Shown here: positions 51,423 through 61,239 of the stretch, one piece after another
Layout of the letters: each line of letters opens with the position of its first letter
Position numbering within the stretch: the first letter of the stretch is position 1
Origin: Candidatus Latescibacterota bacterium
GTDB taxonomy: Bacteria; Latescibacterota; UBA2968; GCA-2709665
NCBI GenBank assembly: GCA_963667175.2
Contig: CAXXXF010000012.1
Coordinates: forward strand, 192,001 to 256,000
Length of the DNA: 64,000 nt
Direction of reading: 5' to 3'
Notes under the pieces: model-generated
Seen by the model: the letters and a program-made list of their open reading frames with translations, nothing else
Database searches by the model: none
What the model was told of the DNA's origin: nothing
Program-made: the position numbers and the translations under genes

Positions 51423-52085
51423 TCAGGCCTCATTGCGGGACGGACGATAGTAGCGGGTGCCGGCAGGTGGCGCCTTCACCTGCCGCAGCAGTTCCTCCAG
51501 ACCCTCAGGATTCCGTACGAAGTCGACCTGCGACACATTGACGATGAGCAACGGCGAGTCGGTATAGTGAAAGAAAAAATGCGTGTACGCCTCCACGAGC
51601 CTTTCAAGGTAAGATTCCGTCATCAGCCGCTCGTAAGAGGGCGTCTGCCGGCGAACTCGTTGAAGGAGGCTCTCGGTCGAATTGTGGAGGTATATGACCA
51701 GATCGGGCTTCGGCGCCTTTTCCTGGATCGTCTCGGCCACGCGTTCGTAGAGCGAAAGCTCGGCGTCGTTCAGGCAGACGTGGGCGTATATGTCGCTCCG
51801 TGCGAACAGGTAGTTGCTGACCACGGTGGATTCGAACAGATCCATCTGATGCAGGTCCTGCTGCTGCCTGTACCTGTGCAACATGAAAAAGACCTGCGTT
51901 TGAAACCCGTAGTGCTCCGGATTCTCGTAAAAAAGGGGCAGAAACGGATTTTCTTCAGCTTCTTCAAGGACCAGGCGCGCCTGCATCGACCTTCCGAGGA
52001 GCCGGGCAAGATCGGTCTTGCCCACGCAGGGGGGGCCTTCGATTGCGAGATATCGTACCGCCACAGATGACGCCTTTACGTGCAA
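51423..52085 (-). CDS. Deoxynucleoside kinase
   Basis: IEG...GKT P-loop, ENPFL..FY, QVFFM..R, PDLVIYL; usual folK-panB context. Confidence 0.9.
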   Translation of the reverse strand: MHVKASSVAVRYLAIEGPPCVGKTDLARLLGRSMQARLVLEEAEENPFLPLFYENPEHYGFQTQVFFMLHRYRQQQDLHQMDLFESTVVSNYLFARSDIYAHVCLNDAELSLYERVAETIQEKAPKPDLVIYLHNSTESLLQRVRRQTPSYERLMTESYLERLVEAYTHFFFHYTDSPLLIVNVSQVDFVRNPEGLEELLRQVKAPPAGTRYYRPSRNEA

Positions 52086-52588
52086 ACCGACAGCAGCGAA
52101 ACCCCGTGCAGCTTTCTCACTTGCTGCGTCGGAACGATCGATTCGGCCAATTCCGAAAAGGTCTTGTTGAACACGGGATGGCGGCCGCGCGGCGCCAGCT
52201 CGCGCAGCGGAATCAGCACAAATGCCCGCTCGTGCAGCCTGGGATGGGGGATTTGCAGCTCCCGACCACGGATTATCTCATTCCCGTACAGGAGAACGTC
52301 CAGATCGAGGGACCGCGGGCCCCACCTCTGCTTCCGGACTCTCCCGAACCTCCTTTCGACCGCCAACAGACACGCAAGCAGCGCACTCGGTTCGAGATCC
52401 GTTTCCACCGCAAGCACCGCGTTCAGATACATCGGCTGCCCGGTGACACCGATCGGCGCGGTTTCATAAACCGGCGAGGCATTCCTGACGTCGAGTCCGT
52501 CGTGTTCGTGGAGCGTGGCCGCGGCCCGGCGCAATGCAGCCGTCCGGTCGTTCTGGTTCGCCCCCATACCGATGTAGGAGAGCGCCAT
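52076..52588 (-). CDS. folK: HPPK (6-hydroxymethyl-7,8-dihydropterin pyrophosphokinase)
   Basis: RWGPRSLDLDVL, IPHPRLHERAFVL. Confidence 0.96.
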   Translation of the reverse strand: MALSYIGMGANQNDRTAALRRAAATLHEHDGLDVRNASPVYETAPIGVTGQPMYLNAVLAVETDLEPSALLACLLAVERRFGRVRKQRWGPRSLDLDVLLYGNEIIRGRELQIPHPRLHERAFVLIPLRELAPRGRHPVFNKTFSELAESIVPTQQVRKLHGVSLLSVCT

Positions 52589-52591
52589 GGG

Positions 52592-52948
52592 TCATCCTCG
52601 CTCCACTTCGGCCTCAACGCCGTCGAACATCGCCTGGATGGGCGGATTGGGTTTGCGAACCCTCACGCGCAGTCGCTCAATTTGGTGACTCGACTGCAGA
52701 GCCTCCGCGATGCGGTCTGCGAGCGCTTCCACCAGACCGAATCGTTCTTCGGTGACGACCGACTTCGTCGTTTCATAAACCCGTGAATAGTCGACGGCGG
52801 TGGCGCCGCCGCCGCGGGCATAGCCCCGGAAGTCCGAAAAGATTTCCACGTCCACTTCGAACCACTGCCCCAGCTTCGCCTCCTCGGGAAACAGCCCATG
52901 GTAGGCATAAAACCTCATGTTTCTCAGGCGCAACACGTCGTTTCCCAT
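52592..52948 (-). CDS. folB: Dihydroneopterin aldolase
   Basis: FYAYHG..PEE..LGQ, VDY, LVEALA, KP. Confidence 0.93.
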   Translation of the reverse strand: MGNDVLRLRNMRFYAYHGLFPEEAKLGQWFEVDVEIFSDFRGYARGGGATAVDYSRVYETTKSVVTEERFGLVEALADRIAEALQSSHQIERLRVRVRKPNPPIQAMFDGVEAEVERG

Positions 52949-53054
52949 TGCCAGTTTCAGCCACCTCCAGCCGACGTCGGAACCCTTGACTGCGCCGTGT
53001 TGTCCGGCCCGCGACGCGGGGGACGCCCGACGCCCTGCCCTTCGTTCGTTTATC

Positions 53055-53083
53055 AATATAAATGAACAAATGTGCAGAGTCAA
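53055..53083 (-). promoter_or_regulatory. Sigma-70 promoter of folB-folK-dnk-panB
   Basis: TTGACT-17 bp-TATATT. Confidence 0.6.
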
Positions 53084-53209
53084 CAAACCTCTCGACTCAG
53101 GCGCCGGTGGACCTCGCCTGCAACCGCGTGCTCCTGAGACAAAAAGCCCTTGACAACGCCGATTTTCGCCGTTATTGTACGACGATGCGCTGTATCCGGG
53201 TCGACCCGT

Positions 53210-54271
53210 CTATCGCCGTACAAACGGCAGTTCGACGACCTCGGCGCGGCCTCCGCCGTCTACGGACAGCATCCGGCCGGGCCGTTCGAATCCCCGACGG
53301 ACGGAGGCCAGCGAAATCACCCGCCGCAGGGCCGGGGAGTCCAGGCCGCTTGTTATCCATCCGACCTGTCTTTCGCCGTCTCGAAGCGGTGTTTCAGCCG
53401 GCGGAACGGTTTCCGTGTCCACAAGGAGGCCAACCAGATACCGCCTGGGCTTGCCCAGATTGTGCATTTTGGCGATCGTTTCCTGTCCGATAAAACATCC
53501 TTTGGCGAAATCGACGGCGTGATGGAGGCCCGCTTCCAGCGGCACGACCCGCTCGTCCACGTCCACTCCGTAGCGCGGAATGCCGGATTCTATACGCATT
53601 GCTTCCAGTGCCCGGACACCCACGGGGCGCGCGCCGGCGGAAGCCAACGCGCTCCAGAGGCGGCGGGCCGGGACCGCCTCTGTCCGGAGATCGTAGCCGG
53701 GCTCTCCGGTATAGGCGCGCGCGGTCACGGACACATCCGCGCCTTCCAGGGTCCGGAAAACGGTATGGCAATCCGCAAGATCGACGGGCGCCTCGCCCAG
53801 GACACGCGCGATCAAGGCGCGGGAGCGCGGCCCGTGTACGCCCAACGTGGCCTGTGCCCCGGTTACGTCCTTGATGTCGACGTCGTCCGCGACCAGGTAT
53901 TTGTCCAGGGACGCCATCAGTTTTTCCTGCAATCCCGGCTCTGTCTCAAGCAGGAACCCATCCGCTCGGTGATACACCCATACGTCCGTCAGGGTCTGTC
54001 CCCGTGGCGTGGTCATCGTCGCATAATTGCCGGCCCCGGATTCCAGCCCCTCGACCGTATTGCTCAGCATCCCGTGCAAAAACCGCGCGCGATCCGAGCC
54101 GGTAACCAGCAGGTTGCCCCGGTTGCTCCGATCGACCAGACCCGCGGCCTCTCGAACAGAAGCGTATTCGGACGCGGGATCGCCGTAATGCGCAGCCGCC
54201 TCCATGCCGTCGATTGGTTCAAATACCGCGCCAGCCGCCAGTTTGGCTTCCCGCAACGATGGAACAGTCAT
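53210..54271 (-). CDS. YgfZ/GcvT-like folate-binding protein
   Basis: G.DRARFL, RIESGIP, KGCFIGQE signature. Confidence 0.88.
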   Translation of the reverse strand: MTVPSLREAKLAAGAVFEPIDGMEAAAHYGDPASEYASVREAAGLVDRSNRGNLLVTGSDRARFLHGMLSNTVEGLESGAGNYATMTTPRGQTLTDVWVYHRADGFLLETEPGLQEKLMASLDKYLVADDVDIKDVTGAQATLGVHGPRSRALIARVLGEAPVDLADCHTVFRTLEGADVSVTARAYTGEPGYDLRTEAVPARRLWSALASAGARPVGVRALEAMRIESGIPRYGVDVDERVVPLEAGLHHAVDFAKGCFIGQETIAKMHNLGKPRRYLVGLLVDTETVPPAETPLRDGERQVGWITSGLDSPALRRVISLASVRRGFERPGRMLSVDGGGRAEVVELPFVRR

Positions 54272-54321
54272 TGAGCGACCTCCCGAATGAACGCCGAACA
54301 CACACTGTTACGACCTGCTGA

Positions 54322-54350
54322 AACTTATTTTGAACCCCAGGGCGTGTCAA
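54322..54350 (-). promoter_or_regulatory. Sigma-70-like promoter
   Basis: TTGACA-17 bp-TAAGTT upstream of the ygfZ-like gene. Confidence 0.5.
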
Positions 54351-54420
54351 GCAAAACCGGGGTGGCGACGCGGATTCCGGACAACCCTCCGAATCCCCGA
54401 CTGCGCGCCGCGTATCCGAC

Positions 54421-54987
54421 ATGAAACGCTTTCTGCCAACGGTCCTTCTGGCGCTCATCGCGTGCGGCGGCGGCCTGGGTCCGGGGCCGCCCGACGGTAC
54501 GGGCATCAAGGGAACCCTCATATTCAACGGCGAGTGGCCGCCGGAAACCGACGACGTCGCCGTGGCGGTCTATCGCCGTCGCCCGCAAACCCTGGCCGAA
54601 TTCTTCAACATTGCGGGCTGGGACACCACCGTGACGATCGGGGCGGTCCGGTACGAGTATTTCGTCCCCCTGGAAGAGCCGGGCGCCTATGAGTGGATTG
54701 TGGTGGCCTGGCGGCCCCGGGGCGGCTTCTGGAACTTCGAATCGCTGCTTGGCTGTTACCACGTTGGGAACGACACCCTGCCCACACCGGTGACGGTTCG
54801 CACAGGTGAAACCACGAAAAATGTCGACATTCAAACCTATTTCGACCTCGTGCAGGGCGCCGACCGGCCGGATCGGCACATTTGCACTGGTTTTCTGCCT
54901 CCTCTGCCCTCTCTTTCAGGGCTCAACGCTGCGGGCGGAAACCTCCGGCGCGATGTCGGGACGAACAATCGACAAGGCGACCGGTGA
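54421..54987 (+). CDS. Lipoprotein of unknown function
   Basis: MKRFLPTVLLALIAC lipobox; precedes the TonB receptor. Confidence 0.7.
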   Translation: MKRFLPTVLLALIACGGGLGPGPPDGTGIKGTLIFNGEWPPETDDVAVAVYRRRPQTLAEFFNIAGWDTTVTIGAVRYEYFVPLEEPGAYEWIVVAWRPRGGFWNFESLLGCYHVGNDTLPTPVTVRTGETTKNVDIQTYFDLVQGADRPDRHICTGFLPPLPSLSGLNAAGGNLRRDVGTNNRQGDR

Positions 54988-57034
54988 ACCGCTACCCGGC
55001 GCCAGCGTCGTATTGCTGGGTACCGGCATCGGAACCGAATCCGACGTCGAAGGAGAATTCAGCCTGACCGGTTTGCCGCCGGGCGTCTATACCGTCTCCG
55101 TCTCCCTGCTGGGTTTCGCGCCTCATGTGTCGAAAGACGTTGAGGTTGCCGCGAACGATACCCTCCGGCTGTCCGTTGGACTCTCGTCGACGCCCATCCA
55201 CATGCCAGCGATTGTGGTTTCCGCCAGCAAGCGCGCGCGAAACGTCGTCGACGCGCCAACAAGCGTCTCGCTCATCGGCTCTGAGGAAATCCAGTCCGAC
55301 AATTCCGTCACCCTGAACGAATCCCTGGAATACGTGCCTGGCGTGAATATGGTGGGAGGCCAGGTCAACATCCGGGGGTCAAGCGGATATTCCAGGGGAA
55401 CGGGAAGCCGCGTGCTGATGCTGATCGACGGCTTTCCGGCGCTGTCCGCGGACAACGGCGACGTCAAGTGGGACGCGATACCCATCGACCAGATCGCACG
55501 CGTGGAAGTCATCAAGGGCGCCGGATCCGCGCTTTACGGCACCGGAGCGCTTGGCGGCATCATCAATGTCATTACCCGGAATCCGTCGACCGATCCGGAG
55601 ACGCACGTCCGGTTCCTGGGCGGTCGATACAGCGAACCCGTGCATCAGGAGTGGCGATGGTCGTCGAGCGGGCGGTACTTCCAAGGAACGGATATCAGCC
55701 ATTCCCGGCAGTCAGGCAATACCGGGTTCATTCTGGGGGCCGGACAAAAATGGACGAACGGGTTCAGAGAAAATGCATGGCACCGGAGATACAAACTCTT
55801 CGCCAAACTCAGACATCGATTCAAGGCCGCGGCAACGATAACCGCGACATCCAACTGGGCCCTGGACGATCACGGTGCGTTCGTCCTGTGGAAAGACCGA
55901 AACGAGCCCCTGGAAGTGCCCGACAGCGCCAAGAACGACAAGACCGTATCCCAGAAGCTGAACCTGAACGTCGATTTCTATCACCTGCTCAATCCGCAGA
56001 CGGGTTATCGTCTCAAGTCATTTGTGTATCGCACGGAATTCGACAACGAAATCGGCAGTCGGACCTCGTCGGAAGCCTACAAGATCGGGCAGGAACTCCA
56101 GCTGGACCTCCAGCCAACCGGGAAGGTGGCGCTTACCGTCGGAGCTCAGTGGATTCGCGACGTTGTGAATTCTTCGGATCACCTCTTTGGCAATCACACC
56201 GGGCTCAACCTTGCCGCCTATGCCCAGGCCGAAATCGAAGCCACGGATCGGATGACGCTGTCCGGCGGCAGCCGCTACGATCGGTACCGCACCGACGACC
56301 GCGCCGCCGAGAACCGCCTCAGTCCCAAGCTGGGTTTCTCGTATCGCCCCTCCAGGCGAACCACGTTGCGCGCGACCCTGGGGTGGGGCTTCAGAGGCCC
56401 TGTGATCGCTGAAATCTACACCAATGCCACCTTCTCCGCGATTCCCATCGTTCCCAATACCGGACTTGTGGCGGAAAGAAGCATCTCCACGGAAATCGCC
56501 CTGGATCACCGGCCGACGTCGTGGTCACACGTAAACGCCGCGGCGTTCTGGAGTCGATATCAGGATCTCGTCGAAGCCCGTCCGGACGCAACCGGGCGGG
56601 TCAGTTTCAGGAACGTCGCCATGGGCCGGACGGCAGGTATCGAGACGAGTCTGGCGGCCGCGCTGGGTCCGGTTCGTCTTGAAGGGAACTATACCTTTAT
56701 CAGCGCGATCGAGAATCTGCCCGGCGGCGACCTGCCGCTGCCCTATCGCCCCAGGCACATTGCCGCGGCCGGTGCACGGGCCACGTCGGGCCGCCTGACG
56801 CTTGAAGGCCGTTTCAGGTTCAGAAGCCGGATCCTGCGCGCATCCGGACTCCTGCCGGAAGGGAACCGCGATCTGATTCCGGTCTACCTGATCGACCTCT
56901 CAACAGCGTACGCCATCGGCAAAGTCCAGGTGGTTCTGAAGGCGCATAACGCCCTGGCGTACAACTACGCCGTTGTGGAACGCAATCTGGGGTCGCCCAG
57001 ACGTATCTCTCTCGGCATTAACGCACGGTACTGA
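54821..57034 (+). CDS. TonB-dependent receptor with an N-terminal carboxypeptidase-regulatory-like domain
   Basis: TGEPLPGASV, IVVSASK, IRG, RVEVIKGAGSALYG..ALGGIINVIT, barrel ending in Y; start uncertain. Confidence 0.92.
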   Translation: MSTFKPISTSCRAPTGRIGTFALVFCLLCPLFQGSTLRAETSGAMSGRTIDKATGEPLPGASVVLLGTGIGTESDVEGEFSLTGLPPGVYTVSVSLLGFAPHVSKDVEVAANDTLRLSVGLSSTPIHMPAIVVSASKRARNVVDAPTSVSLIGSEEIQSDNSVTLNESLEYVPGVNMVGGQVNIRGSSGYSRGTGSRVLMLIDGFPALSADNGDVKWDAIPIDQIARVEVIKGAGSALYGTGALGGIINVITRNPSTDPETHVRFLGGRYSEPVHQEWRWSSSGRYFQGTDISHSRQSGNTGFILGAGQKWTNGFRENAWHRRYKLFAKLRHRFKAAATITATSNWALDDHGAFVLWKDRNEPLEVPDSAKNDKTVSQKLNLNVDFYHLLNPQTGYRLKSFVYRTEFDNEIGSRTSSEAYKIGQELQLDLQPTGKVALTVGAQWIRDVVNSSDHLFGNHTGLNLAAYAQAEIEATDRMTLSGGSRYDRYRTDDRAAENRLSPKLGFSYRPSRRTTLRATLGWGFRGPVIAEIYTNATFSAIPIVPNTGLVAERSISTEIALDHRPTSWSHVNAAAFWSRYQDLVEARPDATGRVSFRNVAMGRTAGIETSLAAALGPVRLEGNYTFISAIENLPGGDLPLPYRPRHIAAAGARATSGRLTLEGRFRFRSRILRASGLLPEGNRDLIPVYLIDLSTAYAIGKVQVVLKAHNALAYNYAVVERNLGSPRRISLGINARY

Positions 57035-57054
57035 ACCAGTTAAGGAGAATTCAC

Positions 57055-58023
57055 ATGAAGGCGATCCAGGTTTCCCGCACCGGCGGACCCGAGGTCCTGC
57101 GCTACATCGACGTCCCCAGTCCGGAACCCGCCTCCGGCGAGGTCCTGGTCAGAATCGACGCCATCGGTCTGAATTACATAGATACCTACCACCGCACGGG
57201 CCTCTATCCGCTCGATCTGCCCTTCATCCCCGGACTCGAAGCGGCGGGTACGGTGGAGGCTCTGGGTCCGGATGCCACCGAGTTCCGGCAGGGTGATCTC
57301 GTGGCCTACGCCGGAGTTCCCGCCTCCTATGCCCAGTACGTCGCCGCGCCGCAGGAGAGGCTCGTCAGACTTCCCGATGGGATGGACGCCCCCGCCGGCG
57401 CGGCCGCCATGCTCCAGGGGATGACGTCCCACTATCTCGTTCACAGTACCTGCAACGTCCTGGATGGCGACACCGTACTTATCCACGCGGCCGCGGGGGG
57501 CGTGGGTCTCATTCTGGTACAGATGGCGAAAATGCGGGGCGCACGCGTCATCGGGACGGTGTCAACGGAAGAAAAGGCGCAGCTGGCGCGGGGCGCCGGC
57601 GCAGATGAAGTCATAAGATACACCGAACAGGATTTCGAAGCCGAAGTCAAACGGCTCACGGACGGCCGGGGCGTGCACGTCGTATACGACTCTGTGGGGA
57701 AAACCACGTGGGAAAAGAGCATGAACTGCCTGTGCCCCAGGGGCTACCTCGTGCTGTTCGGCAATGCCAGCGGCCCGGTGCCGCCGGTCGATCCGCTGCT
57801 GCTCAGCCGTCTCGGCTCAATCTTCCTGACGCGCCCCACCCTTGTCGACTATACTGCGACCCGGGAGGAACTGCAACTTCGCGCCGGCGAGGTGCTGGGC
57901 TGGCTGCAGTCCGGCAGGCTCAGACTCCGCGTCGACCGTACGCTTCCGCTGTCGCAGGCCTCGGAAGCCCATCGACTCCTGGAAGGCAGACAGACAACGG
58001 GCAAAGTGCTCTTGACCCCGTAG
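57055..58023 (+). CDS. qor: NADPH:quinone oxidoreductase (zeta-crystallin)
   Basis: GGPEVL, GLNYID, HAAAGGVG, VYDSVG, FGNASG, TTGK. Confidence 0.93.
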   Translation: MKAIQVSRTGGPEVLRYIDVPSPEPASGEVLVRIDAIGLNYIDTYHRTGLYPLDLPFIPGLEAAGTVEALGPDATEFRQGDLVAYAGVPASYAQYVAAPQERLVRLPDGMDAPAGAAAMLQGMTSHYLVHSTCNVLDGDTVLIHAAAGGVGLILVQMAKMRGARVIGTVSTEEKAQLARGAGADEVIRYTEQDFEAEVKRLTDGRGVHVVYDSVGKTTWEKSMNCLCPRGYLVLFGNASGPVPPVDPLLLSRLGSIFLTRPTLVDYTATREELQLRAGEVLGWLQSGRLRLRVDRTLPLSQASEAHRLLEGRQTTGKVLLTP

Positions 58024-58128
58024 GAAACAGAGAAATACCGGGCGAACCGATCGTTCGTCCCGTTTTCCGTGTGCCACCGGGCGGCGCGCGTGAAAGCCGC
58101 TCGGCGCGATTGCACGCGGCGGTTCACC

Positions 58129-58878
58129 TCAGATGCGGATATCCCGCATGACGCCCCGGATATCCATCTCGAACTCGATCTCGATGACCGGTGGCCGCGC
58201 CCGGTACAGCCGGAAGCCATGGCGCTGCGCCCCTCCGACGCAGGGCAGCACGACCTCGTCCAGAATGCCCTCCAGAGGGTGAGCCGTGTAGACGTCCACC
58301 GTGGTCACCCGGTCCCAGTCCGCGCCCAGGCCCGCCAGCCGATCCGCCATCACCCGCGCCACGTACGCCGCTTTTTCCCGCAGTGCGCCGGAGCCTGTCT
58401 CACCCCGCCTCACAATGCCGCCGGCCGTCAGCACGCCGTCACGCAATTCACCGGCGCCCGCGATGACGAAGGTCCGGCTTTCCTGTTCACGACAGGGCAC
58501 GGTATACGAGAATGCGTGCATCACCGTCTCACCCGGCGGATCGTGCACCGGTGCAACGTTGGTTCGCGCAACCGGATTCAACCCCTCCACGCGCAGGTCC
58601 CAGGACGCCAGAAGGTCGCGATAGTCCGCGTTGAACCTGAGGAACCCCTTCATCGGATGAGGTTCGGGACAGCGCAGTTCCACCCCGCAAAGCGCGTGCC
58701 GGCCCCGGCCCGAGGCGCGAAGATGCCTCTCCGCTTTCCGGAATCCCTCGCGCCACGGTGGCGCGTCCATAAACGTCACGTGTACGATCTCGTACCCGGG
58801 CGCCGCAATAACGCCGCACGAATAGGGATCAATTCCTTTGAGGAATCGATATTGACCTTTTTTATTCTCAAATAGCAT
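58129..58878 (-). CDS. CnbZ-like (2-amino-5-chloromuconate deaminase family) protein
   Basis: PYSCGV.A.PG, LCGVELR, NPVARTNV, FVIAGAGE, RPPV..IEFEMD.R. Confidence 0.7.
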   Translation of the reverse strand: MLFENKKGQYRFLKGIDPYSCGVIAAPGYEIVHVTFMDAPPWREGFRKAERHLRASGRGRHALCGVELRCPEPHPMKGFLRFNADYRDLLASWDLRVEGLNPVARTNVAPVHDPPGETVMHAFSYTVPCREQESRTFVIAGAGELRDGVLTAGGIVRRGETGSGALREKAAYVARVMADRLAGLGADWDRVTTVDVYTAHPLEGILDEVVLPCVGGAQRHGFRLYRARPPVIEIEFEMDIRGVMRDIRI

Positions 58879-58888
58879 AATAAGACGG

Positions 58889-59938
58889 TCAGGTGCTGAG
58901 ATACGCCATCAGCAACCGCGCCGAATTCAGAATCCCTTCCACCGAACAAATCTCGTACCCGTGGGTATTCTCTCCCGGATACGCGATACAGGCCGACCTG
59001 CCGGCCGACCCGACGCGTTTCGAAATGCTGGCGTCGCTCCCGTAGGAAGTCACCACGGCCGGCTGCGTCTGGAACCCCATCCGGTCCGCCAGCCCGTTCA
59101 GGCAGCGCAACGTCCGTTCATGGTAAACGCCCGACGCGTCGCCCCAGAGCAGAACCGGATTGCCGCAATTCTCAATCTGGTACTCCTCGGCAACCGGGGC
59201 GATATCCAGCGCGACCGCGGTCTGGGCGGGCAGTTGTCCGATTGAAAACGCGGCGCCCTGCGCGCCGATCTCCTCCTCTGAACTTGCAATGAGATAGACG
59301 TCGCGCGGCGGCGGTGTTTCCGCCAGATGCCTGGCCGCCTCGAGCAACACGGCCAGCCCGGCCCTGCAGTCCAGATTGTAACCGCAAATGAAATCACCCA
59401 TGTACACGGGTGATTTTCGGGACCTTGCGAGAACCGCCTTGCTGCCGCGATGTACGCCGAGCTCGCGCAGTTCACCGGCGGAGCGCTTGGTCTCGATCCA
59501 GAACGTCTCCCATTTTATCGCGCTGCCAGACTTCAGAGGACCCGCCGGACTCTCGTCGGATACATGTTTCGACCCTACGGACAGGATCCCCGTTACCGGT
59601 TCACCTTCCGTCAGAACGTCAACCGGACCCTCGCCCACGGCCCAGGGATGTAGCCCGCCCAGTGGTCGGACGCGAAGTCGACCGTCGTCCTGGACACGCC
59701 TGACCATCAGCGCGATCTCGTCCTTGTGTGCCGTGACGGCAACCGGCGCGCCGTCCCCGCGGCCCTCGAAATGGATCACGATGCTCTCTGCCGCATCCTG
59801 CCAGACCGACGCCGCGAACGGTCGCGCCTCGTCCATTACAATGGCGTCGACTTCCCCTTCGGCCCCCGGCGGGGCATGCGCGTTCAGGAGTCTTTCCAGC
59901 AATTTCAGGAGACGTAAACGGTCAATCGGCACATCCAT
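58889..59938 (-). CDS. M42 family metallopeptidase
   Basis: AHKDEI, LDCR, EEEIG, ALD, GSDA, HGYE. Confidence 0.88.
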   Translation of the reverse strand: MDVPIDRLRLLKLLERLLNAHAPPGAEGEVDAIVMDEARPFAASVWQDAAESIVIHFEGRGDGAPVAVTAHKDEIALMVRRVQDDGRLRVRPLGGLHPWAVGEGPVDVLTEGEPVTGILSVGSKHVSDESPAGPLKSGSAIKWETFWIETKRSAGELRELGVHRGSKAVLARSRKSPVYMGDFICGYNLDCRAGLAVLLEAARHLAETPPPRDVYLIASSEEEIGAQGAAFSIGQLPAQTAVALDIAPVAEEYQIENCGNPVLLWGDASGVYHERTLRCLNGLADRMGFQTQPAVVTSYGSDASISKRVGSAGRSACIAYPGENTHGYEICSVEGILNSARLLMAYLST

Positions 59939-60209
59939 CGGAATGCCTCCATTCGACCTCGCCCGGTACGCCGTCGCGGCGCCGGATCGGACGTGCAACG
60001 AACACGAACCGGAATGAACGACGCGTAATTTACGTCAAACGCGTGACGCGGTCAAGACGGGGCCGGTCGGAGAGCCGATCTTGCGGCCGGCGTCGGGCGA
60101 AAGCCGGGATGAAGTCGCATCGGAACGGCCGAGAATCCGTTGTCCGCGCGTCCCAGAGTTACCGGAACTTCCGGAAACGGACTCCCGCGGTCTTCATCGG
60201 AAATTTCGC

Positions 60210-60238
60210 TTGACATCCAGGGAAGAACGCCGAATATT
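60210..60238 (+). promoter_or_regulatory. Sigma-70-like promoter of the sigma factor gene
   Basis: TTGACA-17 bp-AATATT. Confidence 0.5.
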
Positions 60239-60320
60239 TCCTTCGATTTCTTTCCCTTTCGCCCTCCCGCCGGCTGCCCTTTCCCATCCAACTTCCGCGT
60301 ATCCATTCGAGGTGATCTTC

Positions 60321-61184
60321 GTGACCAGAAAGAGCGGAATCTTCCGCAATGACGTGAAAGATTCATTGCACCGCTACCTGGAAGACGTAGCCACGTCCGA
60401 ACCGTTGACGGCCCAGGAGGAAGTCATCCTTGCGCGCCGCATCAGGAAGGGAGACCTCGACGCCCGCAGGAAACTCGTCGAGGCCAATCTTCGATTCGTC
60501 ATCACCGTGGCGCGCGAGTATCAGAACCAGGGCGTGCCGCTGGGGGATCTGATCAGCGCCGGCAACCTCGGGCTCATCACCGCGGCGGAGCGGTTCGACG
60601 AAACCAGGGGGTTCAAGTTCATATCCTACGCGGTCTGGTGGATTCGCCAGTCCATCCTGCAAACCCTGGCGGAACACTCCAGGGTCGTGCGCCTTCCGCT
60701 GAACCGGGTGGATCTCTTGCGCCGCATTTCCCGCTACGTGAACAACAGACAACAGGAGACGTCCGGGCGACCCCCGGAAGAAGAGATCGCGAAGGAGCTG
60801 GGCATCACGGTCGAACAGGTGGTCGATACACTTGCCAGCGGACAGCGCATCCTCTCGCTCGACATGACCTTCGGCGAAGACGAGGAGAACAGCCTTCTGG
60901 AAATCATGACGGACGAAAACCAGGAATCGCCCGACCATTTGCTCATGCGGAATTCACTTGAAGATGAAATATTCGCGGCACTGGACACACTGGAAGAGAG
61001 GGAACGAGAGGTCATTCGACTCTATTTCGGCCTGGGCGGCGATACCGAAATGACCCTTGAAGAAATCGGCATCCGGTTCAGGCTCACGCGTGAACGCGTC
61101 CGGCAGATCAAGGAAAAGGCACTCAGGAAGCTTCGCCACCCGACCCGGGGACGAAAACTCATGCCCTATTCCGACGGCGCGTGA
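60321..61184 (+). CDS. RpoD/SigA-family sigma-70 factor (no region 1.1)
   Basis: ANLRFV, DLISAGNLGL, KFISYAVWWIRQSI, TLEEIG..LTRERVRQIKEKAL; probable GTG start. Confidence 0.93.
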   Translation: MTRKSGIFRNDVKDSLHRYLEDVATSEPLTAQEEVILARRIRKGDLDARRKLVEANLRFVITVAREYQNQGVPLGDLISAGNLGLITAAERFDETRGFKFISYAVWWIRQSILQTLAEHSRVVRLPLNRVDLLRRISRYVNNRQQETSGRPPEEEIAKELGITVEQVVDTLASGQRILSLDMTFGEDEENSLLEIMTDENQESPDHLLMRNSLEDEIFAALDTLEEREREVIRLYFGLGGDTEMTLEEIGIRFRLTRERVRQIKEKALRKLRHPTRGRKLMPYSDGA

Positions 61185-61206
61185 ACCGGAACCGTACAAC
61201 GATTCA

Positions 61207-61239
61207 GGCCGAGGCCGGACGTCCGGCCTCGGTTTTTTT
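61207..61239 (+). terminator. Intrinsic terminator after the sigma factor gene
   Basis: CCGAGGCCGG-ACGT-CCGGCCTCGG followed by T7. Confidence 0.8.

Noticed and set aside
52950-53200. THF or other riboswitch ahead of folB
   Set aside because: Only a promoter and GC-rich hairpin potential; no recognisable aptamer consensus.
60052-60320. N-terminal extension (region 1.1) of the sigma factor
   Set aside because: Low-complexity translation that spans a promoter-like sequence; the RBS supports a start near 60321.
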